DNA from: Balamuthia mandrillaris | Taxonomy: Eukaryota | Direction of reading: 5' to 3' | DNA length: 64,000 nt | Assembly (NCBI GenBank): GCA_031835245.2 | Contig: JAVKOQ020000082.1 | Location: forward strand, 1 to 64,000 | In this document: piece after piece, positions 1-12,696 of the stretch | Numbering within the stretch: position 1 is the stretch's first letter | Layout of the letters: each line of letters opens with the position of its first letter | The notes under the pieces: model-generated | Told to the model about the DNA's origin: nothing | Database searches by the model: none | What the model saw: the letters and a program-made list of their open reading frames with translations, nothing else | Program-made: the position numbers and the translations under genes

Positions 1-40
1 TCCACAATATATATACATGTATGTGTTCTTGTTTCATGTT

Positions 41-400
41 TCAAGTGTGAAAGAAAGAGAAGTGATAAAGAAAGAAGGTAAAGAAGAAGAGAGACAAAAT
101 GAATAAGCAATAGTAAGAAGCTTGACTTGTAGATTGGTATTGATTTAAAGAAAGTAAGAAAGATTGTTGATGTTGGTAAGTTGGAATAGGGTGTTGTTGT
201 AAAAGATGGACCATAGCATTTGCAAAGGTCATTCCATCTTGTCTACAGTCCTTTCATACTATATCACTACTACTAATTCACCATAACAAGCGGCAAGTTG
301 TAGCAAATCTCATTAAATCCTTTGGATTTGGTATGCAAAAACAGACCTCAAGCAATGCATCTTTAGGAAGCATGTGAAGCAATGTAAAAATACCAATGTA
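41..400 (-). pseudogene. Degenerate F-box protein gene fragment
   Basis: The frame of ORF 41..232 extends upstream as MLPKDALLEVCFCIPNPKDLMRFATTCRLLW*ISSSDIV*KDC, which fits the F-box consensus. In-frame TGA codons at 280-278 and 256-254 fall where R and W are expected. Surrounding DNA is CpG-poor. Confidence 0.6.
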
Positions 401-971
401 ATGAATATCACTAAAAGTAGCAAGGAAATGCTCAGACTAATATGTAGCCCTTTTTTCCTTGCCATTTCTTACCTGCCATTTCATACCTGCTGTTTACTTA
501 TCATTCTATTACTATGAGCTTTCCATAAATAACAACCCTGACACAGGAGCAGTAGCCTTTGTCTCAGCTTGTTTGTTAAGGCACTGCACTTCGTTGGAGA
601 AGAGGTTATACTGCTTTAGTTCGTGTTTTTGGTTTGTCCTTGAACTCCTTTTCTTCCTCACACCCTATTTGCAGTATGCCAATAGTGAAGGAAAAAGGTC
701 ATTGAGGTTTTTTATCCTTTCAAACTGTAAAGCTGACATGGAAAATCATGTTGTTATGGCTGGTTTCAGGCACTCAATGTACAACCACACTAGAGGATAG
801 CTGCTGATCTTCTTGATGGCCTTCTCATCCACCTCCTCACATCAACCTCTTTTACCTCTTTACTAACCTCATGGTGAATTCCCCCTCTTCCACTTTTGTC
901 TGCACTGATGTCTCCCAGCATGCAAAATATGTTATTGTTATATTGGAGATAATACACCAGGTTGCACATTG

Positions 972-2801
972 CTATTCTTCACCTACATTCACTTCTGCAT
1001 CTTCATATATTGAATCACCATGAGAAATAGTAATTCGTGCATTACTAGCCTTTGTACCTTTATTTCGTTGAAGGCTGTGTTTGAATTATATATATATCAG
1101 TATACAGTAGAAAGTAAACCAAGCGTGTGGTTAAAAAAAATACCTTAGTGAAGTAGTACCAGACTGAGAGGGAAGGTTGATTCCAACTTGACTTAACAAG
1201 TTGGTAACACATCTTCGCCAGACTTTCCAAGTGCGCCGTGATGGAAAGAAATTCAGGAAAAGAAAAAAACCAAGAGAGGAATACCCAAAACCTTGTAACA
1301 TGACAAGGTCGTACTGTACTACTTCATTGCTGAGATTGCAGCTGCTTGCCTTTTTTGTGCCTTTTCCGAGACATAGAAAGTACTGGGAATATTCTTCCTC
1401 AACGTCCTCTTCGCGAGCAGCAAGAAAGATGTTGTAGCTGAAGATGCATATGTAGATAACGAGAAATAAAAAGATGAAGATAAGAAGACGGTAGTAGGCA
1501 AGAAACATCTGCTTCTTGTTATCGTTGCGAAAGGTGATTCTGAGGATTGCTGCCAAAGAAAGGCAGAAGAAAATCAAGCCAAGAACAATCATTATGCCCA
1601 TAGGCAGGAGCCAAAACAGGAGCTGCCATATACCGTCATCTTCTGGTGATACAAAACAACTGCCATGAAGTTAGCATCGTGGAGATATAAAGAAAAGAAG
1701 AACACGAACACAAAAAGACGTACAATGTAGCACCAGCCTGGAAGGAGACCTTACCGGCAATTGCTGGAATGATCGCCATGAGGATCGATACGCCCCATGC
1801 AATCATGTGGTAGCTAAATTGTTGCATCAACACAAACCGCGACGTCTTGGGTAAATATTCTCGCAAATAAAGCTACATTAAAGAGAACGGGAACGAGAAA
1901 GAGTGGGTGAGTGAGAGAGAGAGACATAGGTGTTAAATGTCTTATAGAAATACTAACCGCAATCAGCATGTTAAATGATAAAATGGCCCACCAACAAGTC
2001 GTTGCAATGTATCCAAACTGCAAAATAAAGCCTTGAAGAGTGCATAAACTGCTAACAGCTCCAAGATCCCCAATGGAATAATAAACAGAAAAGTCAAGAG
2101 AATTACCATCGACCACAGAGAGTGACGGAAGCAGGTATTGGTCATCAACACCGCACCAGATGACTTGGTGACCCCCAAAAGAAGGCAAAATGATCGCCCC
2201 AGCCGCTATGTGGGCAGCTATCGTCACCATGAGAACTAAGTTGGAAGGAAACTTGCGCAAGGTGGGGTCGACGGCGTAGGTGAGTGCAACAAGGAAGGAA
2301 CCCGTCCAGGATAACCATCCCATGGTCAGCTGCATAACCTTGGCGGCATTATACTCTTCGTCTGTGTAGGACGGAACAGGACATGTAAAGCCACAGCGTT
2401 GTGTCCCTGGTTTCCGTTCCAGAGGAGGAGAGCAGCTATAATCGGTATGCTGAATGCTTCGGCACTGGGTCGTCAGGGCCTGGCCATCCTCAGTGGTGAT
2501 GGTGTAGGTTGTGTTCTGAAACAACGTTGCGTTCCACAGGTCTATGTCTGTTTCGTTGCACTGCAGTGGCTGTAGGTTGTAATCATACCCTGGCGGAGCA
2601 TACACTCCGGTCCCCAGCGATATACCATAGAGAGCTGAATACTCCACACACTCCGTTACTTGTACAGTACAGCATTGTGAATATAGAGGAATGGAACACC
2701 GTTCTTTGAAGACAGAAGGGTACCGTAAATCTCACAGGCAGCGCGGCATGGTTGCACAGGTACTGCCAAAGGATATCCTGTTGTTAGATAGAATATGTGA
2801 G

Positions 2802-2845
<44 letters not shown>

Positions 2846-3363
2846 AGACAGGTGAAAGCGTGCTGCAAAGCACAAGAAAGCAAAACAGCCAACAAGAAAG
2901 ACAGCGGACGAAAAAGAGGCAAGAGGAACCGATCATCTGAAAGAGGGCCAAAAAAGCTTACCAATACCTTCAACAACTATGCAAGGTCTAAAGTTAGACG
3001 TACATGACATATTCACCACAGCGTTGCTGCACGCCTGACTGACGTCAGGAAGTGCACTAAGCACGTTCAACGTTTGCTCGACTGTGCTTTGCAGACCTCT
3101 AAAGTGTAAATGGTCTGGCACGAATACAAGTTCTCCGTCTGTTTTTTAAAGTCAGCCGACAACAAACAAACGGAGAAACAACACAAACCCCTGAGATGGG
3201 TGCAGGCCGGAACTTGCGAAGCCCATTCAACGCATTGTTCAACCCGTTTCCCACTCACCCCATTCCTAACCACACAAATGAGCAATAACAAAACAAGAGC
3301 AGAACATCGTCTGCGGTTATCCGCAAGCCCTTCTCTCCAACAGCTGCCAGTTTTGTGCGCCAT
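972..3363 (-). CDS. Frizzled/Smoothened-like GPCR (Fsl-type), multi-exon
   Basis: Signal peptide; Cys-rich CRD-like region (ACSNAVVNMSCTSNFRPC...PCRAACEIYVTEC); linker CSPPL...CGFTCPVPSYTDEEY; TM segments (KFPSNLV, CTLQGFILQFG, TCWWAILSFN, YHMIAWG). Last exon inferred to end at TAG 974-972. Confidence 0.8.
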
Positions 3364-3886
3364 GCGTTACAAGCGGTAGACTGGAAGCACAACCTTGCGC
3401 GGAGAGGATGACGGTACCAATTGATTAAAGTAGCATTACAGGTGACGCGGATACAAAAAAGGCGGCGAAAACGAGTTCCGTTGGTTCGCCGATTTTGCGC
3501 TTTTATCGTCTGGCCAGGACGACACGAAATGTCAGCTTTCTGGCATTCCCAAAGGAAAGAATAAACCAATAAAAAAAGAAAAGGTAAGTTGCGGAGTTGC
3601 CGACGCTCGTCGCAGGAAACTCGACAAAACGTCAGCGAGCGCCACGTACGCACCCACCACCGCTACAGGTTGTTGTTCTGTCATTTCGGCAGCAGCAGTT
3701 GTAAGCATTGCTATAGCCACTTTGTATTTTTTTTTTTTTTTGCTATAGCGACAAATTTCTCGGCAGGAAGACTGAAGTTTGTTGGAAAACGGAAGGAAAC
3801 AGAACCAGAGTTCACGAAGCTTTCTTTTTCTTTTATTCTTTCTTCGTCTTTTTTGACATTTCGTTCGAACCGTAAAACCGCACGCC

Positions 3887-5335
3887 ATGGGCGGAGAAAC
3901 ATCTTCCTCCACCAGTTCGTCCCTCTCGCTTTCCTCTTCTGCCTCATTTGGAGAGGAATCGTGGTGCCCACGACTTAACGACTTGCAGCAGACCTTCTCC
4001 ACGTTGCCACCGCCGTCACCGCTGGTCGACGAAGAAGAAGGAGGAGAAGAAGGAGGAGGAGGAGGAGGAGAAGAAGCGCAGGACTCGTTTTCCTCTCTGG
4101 ACGACACCAATTGGGACTTTATGAGTCGTGACAGCAGCTCAGATGAGGAGGAGCCCTTTGAAGCGGAATGGCAACGGGAAGCAACGCAAGAGGACCCCCG
4201 TCCACCTTCACTACAGCAGGAACAAGAGGGGCTAAGGAGGAGAAAAATTAGGCTGTTCAATGACAACGCCAACGCCAACGCCAACAACAGTGGTTACAAC
4301 AGCCAGACCTCCACTGGTGACCTCAACACTTGGGCCTATCCTTTGTTGTTTTCCGAAGGGTCGTTGACAAGCGAGGAGGACCAATGGTCTGAAGACGAAA
4401 CGCGCCCCTTGCTTATGTCAAGGTATGATGATGAAGAACAAGAAATAGAGGAGGACACTGTTCCGTGTAAATACTTCGAATATGGCTGCAGTGGCAACGT
4501 ATGTCTTCTCCTCTCTTCAAAGCCTATGTATTCCGTGTTCCTTCTATTTCCTCTCTTGTGCCTCTATCTTTTTCCTCTCACTTCATTCTCCCTACTTACG
4601 CTGAGGTTCGTGTGTTGGTTGAACAGGTTCCAAGCAAGGACTACGAGAATCATCTAAGGGAGTGGCAAGAACACCATCTGCTGCTGCTTGAGGAAGCGGT
4701 AGCACTTCAAGCAGAGACCATTCAAGATCTTATGTCAGAGCGCCTCCCGTTGAAGTCTCAATCTTATAAGGAGCTACAAGGTGTGAGTCCAGACGAAGGT
4801 TTTAGTGCTCAAGACATCCCTCAACAGGCTCCGCGCGGACTGTGGTCCTTGCGACCTATGATGCTGGACGCTTTGCGCTATGATCTGGCTCGTCTGCCGA
4901 CTCTTCTCACCATGGAGAACCTTTCCCGCTTTGGCATTTGGCTTGTGGAGCCAAGCGTGAACGACAGACAGCGCACCGGTGTTCGACCCTGGCATGTGGT
5001 GTACGCTGTAGTGTTGGTGTTCATCCTTATGTGCTATGCGTTTTATTTTGGTATGCATCACCCTCACTTCTTTGTTCATTGAGCTGTCGTTGTCCTTTTC
5101 TTCTCTCTCTTCTCCCTCTCTCTTCTTGTTCTTTCCTAACTGTAATCTCTGTACAGGAGCTAAAGGATTCTTCCTACGCGCAGAGCAGCTGTTACCCTTG
5201 TTGATATTTTTAATGTTCTCTACGTTCCATATACTGCATGCAAAGCTTGTGTCCTCGCTTGCCAACGTATTCATCACATTCTATCTGTTGGTGTTGTGGA
5301 TGCTACTTAACATTTTATTATTGCCGGTTTTCTGA
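3887..5335 (+). CDS. Membrane protein with acidic N-terminus, TRAF-type zinc-finger-like motif and C-terminal TM helices
   Basis: Spliced from ORFs 3887..4657, 4501..5082 and 5036..5335. VPCKYFEYGCSGN/VPSKDYENHLREWQEHHLLLL resembles a TRAF Zn finger plus helix; three hydrophobic C-terminal segments. Confidence 0.6.
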
Positions 5336-5421
5336 AGCCGGTGATGTCTCCTCTGTTATCTTGTAACTTCCTTCCTGGACAGCTCTTTGTTGTATCTTTA
5401 GAATGTTTATAACACCTCACA

Positions 5422-5462
<41 letters not shown>

Positions 5463-5698
5463 TCTATAACTCTCTCTCTTTCTTTCTCTCTCTACCCCCC
5501 TCCCTCCTTGCTCTCCCTCTCTCCTTGTAGAAATTCCGAAGAAAGTTTGCAGAAAGTGTAGAAATAAGGAACCCCCTTAAAAACCAACGACACGTCATTC
5601 GAAGAAATTCATTACCCCTCAGACACTTTTTGCCAGTTTATTTGGTTTTTCTTTGTTGCCGAAAAAAGAGAAAGCACTACACACGAACGCTAGACAAA

Positions 5699-6435
5699 AT
5701 GGGAAGACGCTCGGGCTTTGGTTCATCTAGAAGGACTACCACTACGCGGACAGCTACGCCCTCACGCTCTGCCCCTGCTCCGGCTCCCCGGAAGCAGGCT
5801 GCCCCTCCTGCCCCTACGCCTACACCAACCCCAACCGCCGCCGCGACGCCCATGGCTCCGCAACGCGGAGGCTTTTTAAGGAACGTGGTACGTGTATCCC
5901 CTTTGCTACACTTTCACAAGAGGGTTTTATCAAAATCAAAGAGAGATTAACTTTCATCTTCGACCTAGGCTGAATTGGGCACAGGTATCGCTGTGGGCCA
6001 TGTGGCTGGTCACGCCCTCGAAAATCTTTTCTTTGGAGGCCGACACGCCTCTCCAGAACAAATCCAGGAGGTGCAGAGGGAAGTTAAGAGCGGACCCTGC
6101 AGTGTTCAATATGAAGCCTTTGAACGCTGCCTCAAAGCCTCTGAGGATGATGCTAGCAAATGTGATTGGGCCTTTGATATGTTCAAGACTTGTCAATTTG
6201 GTAAGTACCCCTCCTCTTCTGCTTTCCATCTCTTGTCTTCTCTATCTCTCTCTCTTTGTCATGATGATAAAATTCAAAGGTCTTGTTCGTCGGAACACGA
6301 ATGACGATACTATACGGAATTTACCTGATCCAAACTCTTCTTTCACTTCTTTCTTTCTCTTTTTACACCGGAGCAACTAACTTTGTGATCACAGATGCTC
6401 GGGAAAAGGCCTCCTTTGATGAAATGAGACACTAA
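5699..6435 (+). CDS. CHCHD2/CHCHD10 (Mix17)-like mitochondrial twin CX9C protein
   Basis: Arg/Ala/Pro-rich N-terminus, GIAVGHVAGHAL helix, twin CX9C (CSVQYEAFERC...CDWAFDMFKTC); two introns inferred. Confidence 0.88.
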
Positions 6436-6729
6436 ACTTAAGAGATAGTACTCGATAGTTTGTTTTTGTTTGTTTCGCTTGAAAAAAATGGTTTTCTGGC
6501 GTTTGTGAACATCTTATTGCGCCATTAACCTTCCTCAAACCTCTTTTTTCTTTCATTCTCCTTCGCTGAGTTGCTTTCTTGCTTTCTTTTTAAAAAAAGT
6601 CTCAGAAACGTTGGGAGAAGTATTTTTGCTTCTATCTCAATTTTTCGTGATGTGTTCGCTTTTGCACCCGTCCCCCGTTGGCTAAAGAACTATATATATT
6701 GCCACGTAGGCATCTTGTCGGTTTAGAAG

Positions 6730-6863
6730 AAAACGTGCAAGATGGGCATTGACGCCAGTAAGCGGTGCCGTAGGTATTCTACCTACGAGGTTGAGCGGCC
6801 CAGCCCACTAGATAGCCAATAAACTATTTCCCAAAAAAAAAAAAAAAAAAAAAACGTGCAAGA
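6730..6863 (+). mobile_element. Short poly(A)-tailed non-LTR retro-insertion (SINE or 5'-truncated LINE) with 13-bp TSD
   Basis: Direct repeat AAAACGTGCAAGA at 6730-6742 and 6851-6863 flanks a ~90-bp body with AATAAA (6818-6823) and an A-run (6833-6854). Confidence 0.8.
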
Positions 6864-6889
6864 AGGGAAAGCTCGTTCGAGCGAAGGGG

Positions 6890-8588
6890 ATGGCTGCCAA
6901 CGAGATCAGTAGGGATGAGCTGTTGAAGCTGGGCAGAAAGGTTTGTGTGAGTGTTTGATGAAAATGAAACCCAATCGCTGATCTGAATTCACAAAGTTGT
7001 TAGAGGAGGGGAGAGAACGATACAAGAAGAAGGTTCAAGCAACTGACCTGAAAGCTCCCGCAGCTGAGATCAGTCCCAACAAGCCGTTCTTCAGGTGCTA
7101 TTGCCTTAGTATGAACACACCATCTCGTAATAGCCGAACTGACCGAGCTTTCCTTTCCTTTCCTTTCCTTTCAGCCAGCTAGCTGCTCTACAGCGTGAAG
7201 GTTCATCAACGGGAGGTTGTTTGTCTCCTCCATTGGCGAACAGGTTGGCTCTAAAAGGCAATGGTTCCCCTATTCACAGCGATGAAAGACGGGAGGTGCC
7301 CGAGCAAGGGCTGCGGTTCAAAGTGGCAGCACAGGACAGGCGAATTGCCGCGTTGCTTGCCCGAGTGACACAACTGGAGACCAAAGTTAAGGAGGTTGAG
7401 GCGGAGAAAGAGGAGGCGGTTACAAAGGAGGTGATGAAGAGAAAGGAGGAAGTGGCGCAACTTCAAGAAGAAATGGTGGAGCGCAAACAAAACTTAGCTC
7501 AAGTAGTTGCTAAGTTGCAATTAGAGCTAGCAGATGCTAGACGACAGCACACCAAAGCTACACAAGAGACGCAACAGACAATGGAAGAGTTGGCAGAGAG
7601 AGAAAAGCAGCTAACGAAGATGAAGGAAGAGACGGAATTGAACAGCCAACATATAAAACGTGTAGTTATGTTGGAACAGGCGATAGAGGTGCGTGATAGA
7701 GAGATTGGGAAACTGAAAGAGGCGACGCAAGAAGCCTGGGCTAAGAACGAAGCGACAAAGACAGAACTGACCACGAAAACGGAAGAACTTGTCCAGGTTC
7801 AGCAACGCAACAACGAATGCGAAGCTCAGATCAAAACGATGGCTGAACTTCTTGCCAAAGAAATACAGAGGAACAAGAAACTTATGGAAGAAATGAAAGG
7901 CAGCAAAGGGCAGAATGCATCCAAGGTGGGGGAGCTACAACACACTGTTGGGCAGCTTCAAAAGAAACTGGAGGAAGTGTTGGCGACAAAAGAACAAGCA
8001 GAAAAGAAGCTTCAACTGCTCACTGACGAGAACTTGGACTTGAAAGAACATACCGCCGCTTTAAACGAAACGAAAGTGAACGAGGTTGGCCTAGTCGAAC
8101 AAGAAACAGAAGGGGAACGGAAACCTGAAAATCGTATGCAGATGACGCTGACCGTGACAAACGACCAAGAGAAAGTAAAGACGTTGGAACAAAGCAACGA
8201 ACGGTTGATGGAACAACTGAGAGAGCAACGCAAGCAGATCGTGGTTCTTATGCAAAGCAAAAACGAGGCGATGAGTCAGTTATCAGCTGAAGTCGGCAGG
8301 TCTGGCGCACTGATCAGAGAAAACCAACGACTGCAGGCAGCTCTTCTCGCCTACAAGAACCAACCTCACCGCAGCTCCGAGATGGGATGTGGATCTGAGG
8401 AGAAGACTTCCTCCCAAAGCAGCAATCACGCGGAAACCCGTGCACCAGCGAACGAGGCTCCTCAAGTTCCACCTGCCCCTCCTTCTCCATTGACCGAAGG
8501 AACTGCAATGCAAGGCGACACCCCAGTACAACCAACAGATGCTCGTGTTGGATGGATGTCTTGGCTTTGGGGTTCTCCCGAAAGCTAA
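6890..8588 (+). CDS. Long coiled-coil protein (golgin/BLISTER-like)
   Basis: Exon 1 MAANEISRDELLKLGRK spliced to LLEEGRERYKKK; long heptad-rich E/K/Q ORF 7221..8588; C-terminal GWMSWLWG. Confidence 0.65.
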
Positions 8589-8848
8589 GTGCTTCTGTGG
8601 GATAGCTGATCTCTTTTAATAAGGAGTGAGCTCCTACCTCGTCTACACGAACTAAGACAAGCTTCCATCCACCACACACGATGGCAACGCTCAACCTGCA
8701 GGCCGACTGAATGTCCTTGTTCAAACATGGATGACAAATGCCGCCACAAAGATACATGTGGGACCAGGCGTTTCAATTTCCGATTAAATAAACAAATAAA
8801 TAAGCAAATGTGAGCAAATAATTATTTTAAAAACCGAACAACACAGCC

Positions 8849-9961
8849 ATGGAAGAAGAAGAAGAAGAAGGCGTTTCCCTCCCAGAAGAATGTTTTTTCT
8901 TTCAAGATAAGGAAGAAGCTAAACGACTAGCGCCGCATTATTGGGACGGGGAGCGCTGGAGCCCTGTCAAGACTCCACGGCAGCTAGTTTGCGACCCTCT
9001 AGGAGGACTAAAGAGAATACAAGAAGAACACAATGCGGGGTCAGTTGTTGGGTTGGTCACGTATAACGTTTGGTTTGGAAAGTTTCATGTGGAAGAGAGG
9101 ATGAAGGCTATTGGTGAGCTCATAAGCAGCCTGCAGCCTCAGCTTGTTGCACTTCAGGAGGTGAACCCCCATATCAACGAACTGTTGCTGGCCCAACCGT
9201 GGACGCACGAATACTACGTTTCGGACCCGTTGGGCAAAGAGCTGAACGGCTACGGCGTGATGTTACTCTCCAAGCTTCCTTTTCACGAGCTCATCGTCCA
9301 AGACTTTCCCACGCGACTCGGTAGGAGAGCCCTTCTGGGGACGGTACTCTTGCCTTCTTCCTCTCCCTCGTTGCAAGCACCGAAACAACGTGCCTTGGTT
9401 TTGGGGACGTTCCACCTCGAAAGCTACAAGCCGGACGTCGAGTGGCGACGACAACAGGTGAGTATGTTACACGACTTGACCAAAGACTGTCCTCGTGTGT
9501 TGCTCTGTGGAGACACCAACTTTGCGTCTCACCGCGAAGCTGTTGGATTCGGACCTCGGTACCTCTCTCTGAACTTGAGCAAGGCTTTTTTCTTGCTGAT
9601 AGTGTTGTTGACTGTACTTTTTTTTTCTTCATGTCCAAGGTTCAAAGACGCTTGGCACACATTGCATCCGAATGACCCCGGAGTTACGGTTGGTGAGGCG
9701 AATTCGTTCATGGGGCAGCCTACCCAGAAGCCGGCAGATGAACCACAACCAACCACCAACAAGGGGTTTTGGGTCTCTCTCAAAGAAACAATTTTCCCTC
9801 CACCAAAACAGCCGGTGTTCAACCGCCGTTTGGATCGTGTAGTCTACACACATGCCACCATAGAACCTTGCTCAGCGCAGGTCATAGGCAAAGAACCTTT
9901 CGCAGAGGGTGTATGGCCGTCAGACCACTACGGTCTGCACACGACGATAAAGATGGTGTGA
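8849..9961 (+). CDS. TDP2-like endonuclease/exonuclease/phosphatase (EEP), paralog A
   Basis: Motifs TYNVWF, LQEV, HLES, GDTN, RLDRV, PSDH; one in-frame intron at ~9559-9639. Confidence 0.85.
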   Translation: MEEEEEEGVSLPEECFFFQDKEEAKRLAPHYWDGERWSPVKTPRQLVCDPLGGLKRIQEEHNAGSVVGLVTYNVWFGKFHVEERMKAIGELISSLQPQLVALQEVNPHINELLLAQPWTHEYYVSDPLGKELNGYGVMLLSKLPFHELIVQDFPTRLGRRALLGTVLLPSSSPSLQAPKQRALVLGTFHLESYKPDVEWRRQQVSMLHDLTKDCPRVLLCGDTNFASHREAVGFGPRYLSLNLSKAFFLLIVLLTVLFFSSCPRFKDAWHTLHPNDPGVTVGEANSFMGQPTQKPADEPQPTTNKGFWVSLKETIFPPPKQPVFNRRLDRVVYTHATIEPCSAQVIGKEPFAEGVWPSDHYGLHTTIKMV

Positions 9962-10370
9962 AAAGCCATGCCTCCGCATCTTTGTCACAACAACGGACAA
10001 ATTTGACAAATTAGCATTTGTATTACTGAAAAGTAACTGGAATTCCTGACGTTCCGCAGTTATGATCATTTTTGGACTTTGGCGGTGGATCCCCTGTTTG
10101 CCAAGCTTACATTTGGTACCCATTAAGATCGCACGGAATTAATAACAAACTTCTTCATAGGAAAAAGTTTACTTTTACAGTAATCTCGTGAGATAGTGCA
10201 TCGGTTAGATTCTGCCAATCAGATCAGACAGGATTATCTCCTCCATTGCTTGTCAAGCAACACGGAAGAAAGGTGCCAAACAGACAGAAATAAACGCAAA
10301 AACGTAGCATAGGGGTAGCACGGAAGCAGAAGGGTGAACCTGGAACAAAGACCAGAAGGACACAGAGCCA

Positions 10371-11777
10371 ATGCTTCCTGCATCTACCCAGGCCAACGGC
10401 GTCACGCCCAAGACGAAAGCCAAGCAAAGATCAGAGGAAGACAGCGCCACTACCATTACTCCACCGGATGTGCCTCCTCCTGCGGTGCCTCCAAGCTTTC
10501 CCTCGGAAGACCTGGCAAAGTTGGATCAGGTAGCGAGCGACTGGGCTTGTCCCCATGACCGAAAGATGGTTGTTAACGTTCCTTCCTGAAACAGCACTCC
10601 AGAGCTCAGATAGAACACATCAAGGTATTGAGTAGTTGCCTGGATGAATTTTATACGAAGTTGGACACCGAGAAAGCACGCAACGAAACTCTGATAGCAG
10701 AAAACGGGCGCCTGCATCGCCAGCTGAAACTGCAAGAAGAAGCCTCAAAACAGGTCTTCAACTTTCTCAAGAAGGTACAGTGGAGTCCTTTTTTTTATTT
10801 AAGCAGCACAAGGAAAAACAGGCTAACACTTATCAGAACGATGAACTGCAAACCCATTTGGATGTCTTACACAAAAACGCAGCTGAGCTCAGGGTGGTAG
10901 GTTTTTTTTGCCACAACCTTCAAAGTTTGTCACTGACATCTACCATCGATGGCCCTTTAAAGAAACACGAGTTCCAGTTGACATCATGCGAAGAGAAATT
11001 ACAGAAAACGATGGGGGCGTTATCTCGCCAGGTATCCGAAGGTTTTTATAAATATCTCCATTCAGCTGAACGTTGAAAACTATTCAAAATCTTAACTTCA
11101 CTCATAAATACCCAGGTCTAGAAAGAGAGCGAGAGTTACAGTTGGCACAAGATGAAGAAAGTACCAGAGTGAACTCGAGCTTGCAACATAAAGACGCTGA
11201 AATCACTCAACTGAAAGAAGAGCTGTCAACGCTTCAAAGCTTCCGAAAGCAAGAAGAGCAACGAACGTTAGATCGGCTGGTTAGCGTGGAGAAGCAGCTG
11301 GAAGAGAAGAATTTGGAACTACAACGCCTACGCAGGGAGCTCTCAGATGCAACAATGGCTCATGAGCGGCAATTACAACAAGCAAGAATGAAAGTATGTT
11401 GCTCTCCTCCTTCAATTTTTTTCCTCTGCTCCGCACTAATACCCTTTTTTATTTCGGCTTTTTCCGTGTTTATGAAGTACGAGGAGCATTTGTTGCAGAT
11501 CTCGGCCGAGGGAAGAGCGGGCGGTTCCACCAGAAATGGAGATGAGTATTGGCGACAAAAACTGATGACTCAAAAGGTACATTTTTAGTGTGTCCTCTTC
11601 CCGGCAGAATGCCACCATTCTCGCTCTTACCAGCTACCTATCTTTATCGTCAATGCACATCAACAGCGCGAGCATGAGGCAGAGCTGGCAGCCCTCCGAC
11701 AACAGCTGGAAGAGAAAACCAACAACCGACGGCCCACTAAACGGACTAAGCGGCCCCAATCTGATGATGCCACATAG
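10371..11777 (+). CDS. Coiled-coil protein (CCDC152-like), multi-exon
   Basis: Chain of short + strand coiled-coil exons separated by GT-AG introns; C-terminus DEYWRQKLMTQK...EHEAELAALRQQLEE with a basic tail. Family assignment is tentative. Confidence 0.5.
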
Positions 11778-11942
11778 CGGTTATCCTGCTTCATCGCTGT
11801 GCGCTTACGTTCGCAGCTTCTCTGTAAAGACCCTATCTTTTGACACATAACTTATTTTCGCTCTCCTGTTCTTTCTTTTACAGACGCTTTGCTTTGCTTT
11901 GAATTTTTTTCTCTCAAACAAAACGGAAGAAACAGGAATTAT

Positions 11943-12652
11943 TTAGTTGCTGCTAGACGAAGACTGTTTGAAAGAAACCTGGATGATGATTGCACGGCCA
12001 GGCAAGTTCGGATCCACGATGGACAGTTGGCTGCCATGTTGTACAAACTTCTCCAACGGCTCCACAAGATTGGGTCTGGTTTTCTTTTCTAGGGCAGGAG
12101 GGGCTTGCAGGTACAAGTTCACTCCAGTGTCAGCACAACGCACGCTGGGCCTCGTAAGCTGCAAAGTGCTGTCCGCTTTGAGAGCGTCCAAGAACTCCTC
12201 CACCTTCTGCTCAGGGTCCACAGGCCACACGATGGTGTTTTCCACGTTGCTGCAACCCAAACAGTTCTCCTTCCTTTCGTACTCAAAAGTAAATGTATAC
12301 ACTCCTGCATTTTGGTACCTTTTTAGTTAGCTTGTCGACACGAGAGAAGAGAGAGCGAGAGAGAGACAAACCTGTGCTGCCAGTGTACATCATGTAGTTG
12401 TTGAGGTAGCCGCTAGCGTTGGTGGCAAACTTGAGAGCTTCGTTGGCGCAGACAGCAGCAATGACAGCGTTGGTGGAGGCGATGGCGGGAATGATGTTCT
12501 TAACGACACCCTTGGTCAGCCTTGTCGTCACTCCCTTGATATCAAATTCATGAGCCCTCTTCTGGGCGACCTCGTACATCCATTTCAAGTGCAGGGAGTC
12601 ATCCATATCGGGTTTTGTGTCTATTGTTGAAAGCCCGTTAGGCAACAGGCAA

Positions 12653-12696
<44 letters not shown>

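Noticed and set aside
459..800. 113-aa + strand ORF
   Set aside because: No recognisable motif; lies in the CpG-poor decayed region.
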